A stretch of DNA of 64,000 bases, taken from contig OZ004613.1 in NCBI GenBank assembly GCA_963924565.1, positions 13,764,001 through 13,828,000 of the forward strand, read 5' to 3'. Shown here piece after piece: positions 39,001-49,400 of the stretch; the stretch's first letter is position 1, and each line of letters begins with the position of its first letter. Origin of the DNA: Ascidiella aspersa (taxonomy: Eukaryota). Under the pieces are notes generated by a model. It searched no databases, was not told the DNA's origin, and was given only the letters and a program-made list of their open reading frames with translations. A program made the position numbers and the translations under genes.

Positions 39001-40286
39001 CATGGTAGCGCTTTAAAAGTCCACGTTAAGCTCAACTAAAAACCACGACATAATAGTATACGAGGTTACTTAGCAAGTATAGAACTTAATTTGTCGACAC
39101 AACTGTTAGATAGAAAAGAGCGTGCGGGGTGTTCATTGTATCTCGTGAATATTTTAGCAAAAAATGACGTGGCGTATTATTGTTAGTATATAAATTAAGA
39201 TCCGCTCAAACTGTAATTTCACAGGTTTCTAATTCTATGATCATTTTTAAAAGGTAAAGTGCGGTTATTTTTTTTTCGATCGCAGCAGTACAACCCTTTT
39301 TCCCTAAATGTCACGAAATTCCCACAGGCTCGCCAAAGCACAAAATCGCGGCGCTATAGTTTACGGTGTAAGCCTATTTCCAGCAAAATACATCACCATG
39401 TCAAATAAACAACCTTGAAAAAAAACACGTCGACTGAAAGTAAATCGACTCCCAAAGAACGCGACGCAAAACCTCGGCGATCCCATTGCTATTTCCATTA
39501 GCCGACGCACCAACCCGCACCTGTGGGTATTCCAAAGCGCAGGCCCCAATTTGTTTACATGTCGCCACGTTACGCAACTAAAACGGGCGCGGCCGATCTG
39601 TTAACGTTCCAGCAGTCCGTTCGAGTCACGGCGAAACGTCCTCTCAGCGCAAAATTTGAGCAGAAAAGAAGGCGGGATTTCAAAGTCAAGGATTTCTGAA
39701 TGTCAACAAGGCGGGAGTGGCGGACGTGACATTAGAAGAAGCGCCTTTCGACTGTCAGTTTAAAACCACCCGCGAATTATTTGTAAAGGGGTGAATCTAA
39801 AATAAGGTTTATCAGTTGGGATGCAGTTTGGTTGCTTTATAGGCTATCTCATATGATTAAACATGCGTTTAGATTTTAGCAAATATATTGGTGAAAACGG
39901 GGGGTAGTTAGGGAAGGCCGCAATGCCACCACACTCGCCCTATCGACTTAAACGAAAAATGTGTTGCATAAATTAGGATTTAGTCTAAAAAGAGTTTTAT
40001 CAAGGAAGAGTAAACCTTAACGACGAGTGACCATCTTTAAATAAAGATAACAACTCAACAAGTAAGTTACAAGTGTTCTACCCTGATTTTCAAATTACAG
40101 GATCCGACTAATCACGCCATCATCCAGTCGCTAATCAAGTCGCTGGGCTTCAACACTGAAGTGTCCAACCCGTGCTGCGTTCCCAGCAAGCTGTCGCCGG
40201 TCAGCATGCTCTACTTCGACGAGAGCGAACTCTTGGTGCTCAAGTCCTATCCGGACATGGAGGTCAACTCGTGCGCCTGCCGCTGA
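30047..40286 (+). CDS. BMP3: BMP3/GDF10-family TGF-beta ligand precursor, 683 aa; exons 30047-30698, 36750-37063, 37375-37815, 38231-38689, 40101-40286
   Basis: Signal peptide (LIVSICLLLALLVACGTA). Prodomain motifs HPPEFMLELY, GNTVRSF, FAFNVTTIPKDEAVLSAELRL and PFLIVY. Furin site RVRR/S across exons 3/4. Seven-Cys knot CGRKEMLVDFQELGWEHWIVAP..YYCTGGC..TNHAIIQSLIKSLG..PCCVPSKLSPVSMLYFDE..VLKSYPDMEVNSCACR*. The LKxYPxMxVxSCACR end, an intron inside the mature domain and the CFAP299 neighbour favour BMP3/GDF10 over BMP2/4 or ADMP. Phases 1,0,0,0 are consistent. Confidence 0.88.
35568..35835. promoter_or_regulatory. Candidate enhancer: cluster of K50-homeodomain (Otx/Pitx-type) TAATC/GATTA sites in BMP3 intron 1
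   Basis: TAATC at 35568, 35642 and 35831, GATTA at 35709, all in CTAATC(C/T) context inside a CpG-rich block. Confidence 0.4.
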
Positions 40287-42169
40287 CGTCGCGCCTCGAA
40301 CACGCGACCCTCGGAAGTTTAAAGGCGACGCGCCGGCGGCCTGACGCTCAAGAGAGGAGAAGTGCATCGAAATATGGAAGCGGCTGCGGCCGGAACCATT
40401 CCTAACGCTTGTGAAAACCGCCCGAGCGCACTTCGTAACCAGGTTGTTACAACAACGGCATATACTCCCGTTCCCTGGAAAATTTGCATTAAAATTCGAA
40501 GCTTGACCGACATCAATTGTGTTACGTTTCTGATGCTAATTTAGATGCTAATTTAAGCTTTATCAGAAACTTGCGAATGGCATGTGTACGTTGTGACATC
40601 GACCTGTTCAATATTTTTGAAAACACAAAACAAGATTAGCATAACCAAGTACCACGTGCCTTTGACCTGTTTAGGTGGCAAAATAATATATGAATTAATT
40701 AATATTTACAACTTGTTTTGCATTTACCGTATTTTAGTATCAAATTCGACCCCGAAAAGCTTTATCGGGACCTAATTGTTTAGCACGGTAGGTTGTCGCT
40801 CCTGTAACAGCCACAACCCCAAGATAGGCGCCCCCTTACGCCTGACAACGTTTTCACGTTTTAGCGCCAAATTCCTCCTGTTTACAAGCACCAGCTGCTC
40901 GGAACTGCCCAAAGCCCTGATACCCATTCACCGTCGCACGCAAAGCACGCTTAGTAACCCGGCTCAAATGTAAAAGCGATGTCGGGGATTTATCGCCGAG
41001 GCCCGGCGAAAGATGCCATCTGGGATTAGCGGCTTACCTAGCGAGGGGCCAGGTGGCCAGAGCACTCAGGCCAACGTGCCATAACACCTTATCACGGTCG
41101 CCGGGGCTGTATTGGTCGTTAGGTTACAGATGCCATCTGCGGGGATAGCATAACATGTTGCCGTTTGTTTTTTCGCCTATGTTGGTCCAAATTAACTAAT
41201 ATGCGGCTTTTGCCCTGTAAAGTGTGTGTTTCGAGCTACATAGTTGAAGCTTTAGTTTTGACGTAATCATTTTAATAATGCCCGTATAAAACAAATGTCG
41301 TTTTGTGACACTTTTGTTAACCTATTTTTATTCATGTTTAAGTTGGAATTAAAAGCAAAGACGCTCAATAAGTATAGTTCCGAGATAAACATATTTGTTT
41401 AGCAAAAATCCCCAAAATATTCGCATGTTTATAAATCGGTATTTGGGAGGAGCAACACCACACTCTAAACAGCTGAGTTTAGGATTTCTTTTATCGGATC
41501 TTCATCTCAGCGCAAAAATGTACACCACGGTAAAAGTGTGCGCAACAAAATTCCACCGCACTTTATCTTATCCATTGCGCCCTTCTTATCTTGACTAACC
41601 GACGTTTAAACACCTGCCCTGGCTATTGTGCCACAAGCCAAACGTAGAATTCGCGTTTGACGGCTCTTTACGGATCGACGAGCCGACTAGTCGACGATAA
41701 ATCGTTTCGAACAACGCCAGGAGAGAATTCTGAAAACGAGGGGCAACGTTTGGTTTTATTTTAGCGCTTATGGGTCGCTAATACGTTTTTTGCTTGTTTG
41801 CAATTGCATTAACCTTTAGGCGTGTTGATTTACTTTAACGGCACCTTGTCCACAAATCTGGAAGACTTTAGAGACGATTAATTTATTAATTGTTTATTTG
41901 TATCCCTTTTTTGCGTTATGGTTTTTCACTCGTAAATTGTTTTTTGTGTGTAAAGTGTTGCGTTGTTGGTTCTGTTTTGTAAGTTTATTTTCTTGACATT
42001 TATTTGTTATTTTTGTTCATCGCATTTGTTATTGTTTTTTTTTCGCATTGACTTCGTGCTAGTATCGAAGGTTGTGTTTACTTCGATTTTTGCGCGCGTC
42101 TATTTTTCTTTCTCCAGCTTTTGTTTGTCGTTTTTTGTATCTTTTTTGTTTCTGTTGTTTTACGATTAA

Positions 42170-42175
42170 AATAAA
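42170..42175 (+). other. Candidate BMP3 polyadenylation signal (implies a ~1.9 kb 3' UTR)
   Basis: AATAAA directly after a long T-rich stretch (41880-42160). Confidence 0.45.
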
Positions 42176-42894
42176 GTTCCGTCTAATAAGAACAGGTCGA
42201 TTTTAAGCAGCCAATACTTACTAAACTAAACGCTATGGTTCGACATGAGCCTAAAATATATTGTATTGTTAGGAAGATATTCGAACGTTTGATTCGAAAT
42301 TGACACTTGAACGCCAAGAGACCATTTGCCAGACATTCAGTTGGTGTGTGCGGTGAATTTACCATTACTTAACATGTATTTTGGCAGACCAGACTGCTGA
42401 ATATTTAGAGGTGTAAACGGCAATAAAGAAATAAAAAACGCAGCGTTCAAATTGTAGTTAAACACATTAACCTAGGTCCTACGAAATGGCTTATTATTGC
42501 AATCGCCGATACGACAAAATATATTTTCGGGATAAAGCAATCCGGCATGTATATTGAAGCAGACTGGGTGTTCCAATCAGTGGCGGGCACAGGATTTTTG
42601 TTTAGGAATCAAATGGGGACAAACAATTTTTCAAGGACGAAGTTGGAAATTTGCGTTATAACTATGAAAATCGTGGTCTCCATCATGCTACCGAGAGCGC
42701 ATAAATGTTTTCTCATAAGTTAGAATATCGTGTGTAAAAAACACCAATAAGACTCAACATGTTCAGCGTCTTTGCTGCAATAGAAATGTTCCACCATAGA
42801 GTACAGCAAAATGGTGCAAATATTTTAACTGCCACAATAAATTGCAGCTTGCAAATAACCGAAGAACACCAAAAAGCACAATTTGTTTTTGTTT

Positions 42895-42900
42895 TTTATT
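42895..42900 (-). other. Candidate SPT6 polyadenylation signal
   Basis: TTTATT on + (AATAAA on -) about 550 nt after the SPT6 stop codon. Confidence 0.35.
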
Positions 42901-43445
42901 ACGCCACTTCGTTACGGACGAAAAGAAAGCAAGCGTGACAGTCGTTGCCGGTTTAAACACGATCAGCTTCAGTCACATTTGCTTGGCTGTGTCGCACATA
43001 TCAAATATTCGCAGTCGGACGTTTCGCAAACACTCAGTTTCACCTCAGGCAGTTGAACAGTTTGGCTTCTTTAAACCTCGTTATAGAATATAAGTTAAAT
43101 TAAATTACAGATGGGGTAGGAAAACTGGAGATTTTTTGGGCGCCTGACAACTCTTTGGACAAATATTTTCGCACCCCTTGAAATAAAAATAAAATAAAAT
43201 TGGTTGTGTTTTCTTCCAAAACAGCCCGATGTGTGAACAGAATAAAAGTCGAGGCACGTAAAAACAAGTAAAGAATTTAGATTTGCATCGCCGCTTTTTC
43301 GATGGGAGTGGAATGGTCCTAGATATTGTGGACAGCAAAGGGGAGAGAACGCTTGCTAGAAGTCAAACAAGTACACCCTAACAAACAGCTGAAAACGAAA
43401 ACCACGCACAAGTGTACATCTGTATTTCCATCACAGTCGGTCGCG

Positions 43446-46400
43446 TCAACGACCGGGGGTCCTCTGTCCGCGTGGGGTGCGCATCTGGGGCGTACGTGGG
43501 GTGCCCTTGTAGCTGCCGGCGGGCGTCCGTGGTCCCCGCGGCGTATTGTTGGGGGTCATACGGGGGCTGGGACCCGGCTGGGCCTTGTTGGCCCATTCCT
43601 GGGCGGCGCGGCCCCAATCGGCGACGTTCCTGCACAGAAGACAAAGTAGGGGCGGTCAGTAAATATCGGTGCTTTAAAAGTGAAAGTTGGTGTTTGGAGA
43701 AGAAAATTTAAATTGTAGGAAAACTATATTAAATACCATGTAATAGTGTTTATCACACAAAACTCGTAGTAGTGTGCAAAGTCGTCCGACAGCAGACTAT
43801 GTCATTGCTAGTCAAATTGACCATAAAGCAAGTTGGGCCAGGGTATTGTTTGGCAATTAAACCGTTTTTTCTACGAGTAAAACTATATTTTTATTAACAA
43901 AAAGGATTAACAACTGAATGCAGCTGTAGTTAATTCATTATCGCTAAAGATCACATTGTAAAATTGCGTTTAGATGCTATAAAGTCAGCTATTTTGATAA
44001 TTTTATCTAATTAACAAATAGCTGTAGCTATGGAAAATAATGCGATTGTACTTTTTGCCGAAATTATATGAAATCGGCGGTGAAACGACGTTCGACAAAT
44101 TTTCAATTTAACATACAGAAAACTTCCACACTAATATAAATAAAACGCAAACCTTGCGATTTTTAAATTCACTATTGCACACAAAAGCTCAAAAAAGATG
44201 CCGTAAACCTTGTGCTTCACCGATAAAAGCGAAACTAGCCTTCAACTTTTCAGCAAAAATTAAAAAAAAATAGTTACACATTAAGCAAAAAAAATTAACA
44301 ACAAAAAAAATCAAAGTTACTTCTGCCGCGGCGTCCTTCGCGGGGCTTCCCCCATCGGCTGGGCCCATTTGGCCGGCGGCGGCACACCTTGACTCGGGGG
44401 GTACATGCCCCCGCCGGGGGACACCTGAGGCCGGCCGTAGCCCCCTCCAGGGGTGGCGGCGTAGGGGGTGTTCGGCGTATAGGGGTAACCGGCGCCGGGT
44501 CTGGCCTGGGGCGTCTGTCGAGGAGTACCCTGAAAAAGGATAAATAGTGTGTTCATATCAAACGGTAGAAAAAGGTTAAATAGTGTGTTCATATCATACG
44601 GTAGATCGTAGATGACGAGCTGCTTATTTTGAAGATTGCTGGCATAAAGAAATTTCAGTAAAATTCAGTCGCGGTTAAAGGATATTTATTACAATGTATT
44701 AATTATCTAATGTGCGAATGCTAGGTTAGCAAGAGAGATATACAAAATCGTATTTTAGCTAAAAAAAAACTTAAAATTAACGTCCGCTAACAACCCGAAT
44801 TCTGCAAAGGTTTACTTGTTTTGTTACTACTGGAGAAGAATTACATTAAACTCATGTAAAAGGAACTCTAGACTTAGCTCTATAGCTTGATCTATAAATT
44901 GTTGCGTTTTGGTTGTTCATGGAATCCAGAAATGGAAAACCGAATTAAATTAGTCACGGCGTGCTGAGATTCCAAACCCAGAGGCAGACGTATAACGGCG
45001 CTACTTAGCTGGAATGAGGATATATATTTATAGTAGTCCAGATTTTATTGAAGGTGTCGGTTACGATTAAAATGCAACTCACCTTGGGTGTTCTTGGGGT
45101 GTGACGTGATGTGGGGGTCTTCGATTTGGGGGTGTTAGGGGTGATGGACATGTTGGACGACGTTCCACCGGCAGGAGTTCGTGACATCAGGTGGCCTTTG
45201 ATAAAGGTCGGTTAGCGTGCCGTAGAAAATCGGTATTTACCAATTTCCAATATATATTTATATGTTTTTAAAACACTTCAAAATCTAAAAGTTCAGTTGT
45301 GGAACATTTAAAAACATGCTGTCTAAGTTTTAGTATAAAAATACAATTGACCCCTTCAAGTATCAAGAAGTAACTGAAATAGGCGTTTTTATCCCAATAT
45401 CTATACAAAAATACAATATACAATTTACACTGGTTATGTCTTAAAATATAAGGAAAAAACTAATAGCAGGGCATTTTGCGAACTGCAGTTTAACCAAACC
45501 AAATATATTGAAGAATCAATTAAAAAAAAACTTTAAATTTACTCTTTTTTGGTTAAGTTGGCCGTAAAACTTACTCGGAATCGGGTCTCGGAAGTGTTCC
45601 TTGAACCACTTGAAGAGGTGATTGAGAGTGCTGAACATCTGGCCGCGGTACCGGAAGCCGTCAGGCGTGACGGTGACGTATTCGTGCTTGGAACGGGCGC
45701 GCGGCATGTAGGATAGCAGAAACTTGGCTGCATTAGGGAAATAAGTCGTTGTACTCAGAGTCGGTGGAAAAGTCAACATTTTACATTATACTGTAGGGTC
45801 GAGAAATTGTACAAACAATGCCAGAGTGTCAAAAGCCCATTGTTGCGGTCTTGCAACATCTTTAGCCGTTAGTAATTATACTTAAGGGATTCTAAATTAA
45901 CACACTCAGTACCCCGATGGGTTTTAAACATTCGTGCATTTCATAGGCGCCGGTTACCACGCTATTCACCTCGCGATTATGTGCATGATTATAGCATGTG
46001 AGATCAAGCGATTATGGTATATTGAGGCGAAATGGTTTGATTATGTTTTGTTATTGTAATGGAATGGTAAATGTATTGTTAGAAAATGTTATAGTTTGTT
46101 AGCATATTGTCGCTAGGTATTGATGCAGTTTTGGAGCTTTATTTTATGATTAAGGAAATTACGTTTCTTGGTATTTTTGAGAATCAGACAGACAGTCTTA
46201 CTGAGGCAGAACATTAGCGCTAATATTAAATATACCAGAACTCACGCTAATTTGTTATTTACGATAAATATAAGGTCGTAAAACCCATGATTAGTGTTGC
46301 ATGTACTGTTAATCAAATGATTTTTGTCTATTTATCAACAAATTCAGTTTTATGGCGAATTGAGCATTAATCACCCTAATTGCATGAGAAAAAAACAAAA

Positions 46401-49400
46401 AAACATTACATGTAGTTCTTATTTAATTTGGAAGCGGATTTGATCTAATTGAGGTCTAAACAATCAATTTCGACTTGATTAATTTTTAATCGAACTTAAA
46501 TTGAATTAAATGTTATACAATATTTTGGATTTTAGTTTAATTTATATCTATTTTTACCTGTAGGTATAAAAATTAAAAACACTAGTGTAATATAAAACAA
46601 TCTAGTTGTAAATGACTCTTAGCAATCATTTGCAAATTAAGGTAAATGAATCGAATTTGATTAAATTTAACGCGATTTTACTTGGCGTTTTGATCAATTA
46701 AACATTTTTTTATGAATTCGACATTACAATCTTAATTTGGAACCTTTTAATCTCGACCTAATTAAAACAATGAAAAACGCAATAGTTGTCCGCGCAGGCA
46801 AATCGCATCCTACAAACCGGGCAGAGTCCTGGATGCCGTCATCAGGTAAGGGATGCGCGAAGGCGTGCCCTTCTTCTGCTGTTTGAGCATGTCCTCCATC
46901 AGCTCCTTCTTGCCTCCCACCTCGCGGTAGTTCTTGTGTCCGATCAGGTCGCGAGCGTTGGCAGCCATCGGCTGGATGAAGCGAGCGATGATCTCGTCCA
47001 GGTCCTCGAACTCCTGGAGGAAGAGAAGAAGAAGATGAGGGAGTGAGGAGGAACAAAAGTAAACAAAAACGCGAGTTCTTTATTGGATTTTGGCAATCGA
47101 TAAATCTATGTTTAGTTGAATTTAAAATGAGCCGTAACATGATCTTAGATCGTAAAATGGATTTAGCCTTATTTGAATACCATAAGGAAATTATTTATTG
47201 ACTAGACATGAATATTTTGTTGAGGTCTTCAAACTTCTGGAGAAAGAGAAGAAGAAGAAGATGATGGAGTGAGGAGGAGCAAAAGTAAAAAACGCAATTT
47301 CTTTATTGGATTTTGGCAATCGATAATCCTATTATTAGTTGTATTTAAAATGAGCCGTGACATAATCAATGATCATAGATCGTAAAATGGATTTACACTT
47401 ATTTAAATAACATTAAGAAATTATCTATTAACAAGACATGTATATTTTGTAAAGATCCTCGAACTGCTGGAGGAAGAGAAGAAGATGAAGGAGTCAGGAT
47501 GAGCAACAGTAAACAAAAAATTGCGATTTCTTTAATGGATTTTGTCAATAGCCAATTATTAGTTGTATTTAAAATGAGCCGTGACATGATCTTAGATCGT
47601 AAAATGGATTTAGACTTACTTAAATAACATTAGGAAATTATTTATTGACTAGACATGGACATTTTGTAAAGATCCTCGAACTCCTGGAGAGCAGAAGATG
47701 AGTGTTAAGTTATCTTAAATTGTTTAAGTGTTCTATGTTATCCTTTTTCTCATGTGGTTTAACTCATGTGTTAGGCTTATGTGATTTTGGTCTCGATTTG
47801 TCTTTCACTTTGTGTTTGTGCTTTAAGCAGTAAGGAGCTCCAGACTTTGCAGTATAGATGGTTAGTCTTTTAGTTGCAGTTGCTTACAGTGCTAATATGT
47901 TTATAAATATTGTTCTTATATTACTAAGGTATCAGTTTATGTAATTAAAACAGATAAAGACTTTTGTTTGTTTACGATTAAACTGGATTAACAATAAGGA
48001 AGTCAGAAGTAAAAAACGCGATTTCTTTATGGATTTTGGCAATCGTTAAAATTGTCTAGAAACTGAGCCGTTAAATGAGCTTAGATCGAAAAATAAATGG
48101 AGAACAGAAGTAGGAGGTAGGTATAGAGAAGAATGATAGGTACAACGAGAGAAAATGCGGAATTGTGGACGTCGGATAATTTACTTTTTAAACCGCTCTC
48201 AAACTTGGGGGCTGCAAACATACGGCTTGTTTTTATTGCGGAAATCAACTTTTTATAGGACCAAGTCGATTATTTTGTTCATATTTCTCGAACTCCTAGG
48301 AAAAGAGTTTAGGCGTGAAAGGAAATAATAAAATTATTAGTCAAGAGAATATTTCTGTTTCACTGGAGGCAAAAGTATTACTGCCACACAGTAACAATTG
48401 GGCTAGCATATAAATAAACAAACGTTCACAAAAATGGTCAGGTGTCGAGAGGTGCATGATATGGAAGTTATTTTTAATAGCGATTTTTAGAACAGATACC
48501 ACAGACATTTTCTTATGTGTAAAGAATCATTTTAAGGAGAAGTCATTTCCAAATTACTTTTTGAATCTAACGGACGCATATAATGTTCCGAAATCATAGC
48601 AGGTTAACTCAAACTAAAGGTGAACGTTGTAGCAATTGCGCGATACTCGCTTCTTGAACTAGTCGGGTATCTAACGACAAAATACACATTAAACATCCTA
48701 AGGTTTACCTCGTTGCCGATCCAGAGCGATTTGCCGAGACTGAAAGCATTTTCCTTCTTCTCTTCGCGGATGTCGATGTGGGAACAAACTCCCTCGGCCA
48801 CCTTCCATGTGGCTGTTAGGTGATCCGAGCCTGGGAAGAACAATGAGTTATGAGATGATTTAAAAGAAGCGACAAAATATAGACAAACGAATCAGCTTTA
48901 GTTTGGAACAGGGGTTCTCAACCATTATGGCTTATTGGTGTATGTAATAAATAGAAAAATACAAACCGAGATAAACTGAAAATACAAAACTCCGCGTTTT
49001 AGACTTGTAAGACATGACTTTAGTCTATCTGCAATAGAATTATAAAAAACATACGGTAAAATATATTTTCAGTCGATTAGTGCGTGTAATATTTTCCCAA
49101 AGGGTTAGATCATTAATTATTCGAAAGATTAACATAAAAGTAAACCTGTATTTGAATAGGGTTTGGCAATTCTTCAACACCCAAGTGTTTGGAGCTTTTA
49201 GTACTTCTATGGCTTTGATAATGTCGGGGCAAAAAACAGCAATAAACCAAAGAGTCCTACTTCATAAACTCATTCTTTTTAAGAGTGTAAGTCACTTAAG
49301 GCAAAAACAAATGCATTTTTACCGAAGATTTGTATTCGTCTGTCGCGTCATGATTTATGTTTCGAAAAAAATAGAAAAAAGTAGTAAAAGCGCTATCCAT

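Noticed and set aside
38231-40286. Assignment of the ligand to ADMP or BMP2/4
   Set aside because: The SCACR terminus, YPxM motif, intron within the mature domain and CFAP299 linkage fit BMP3/GDF10 better; a phylogeny is still needed.
47000-47702. Repeat array as a CRISPR-like locus
   Set aside because: Eukaryotic intron; whole ~220-bp units are homologous, with no unique spacers and no cas genes.
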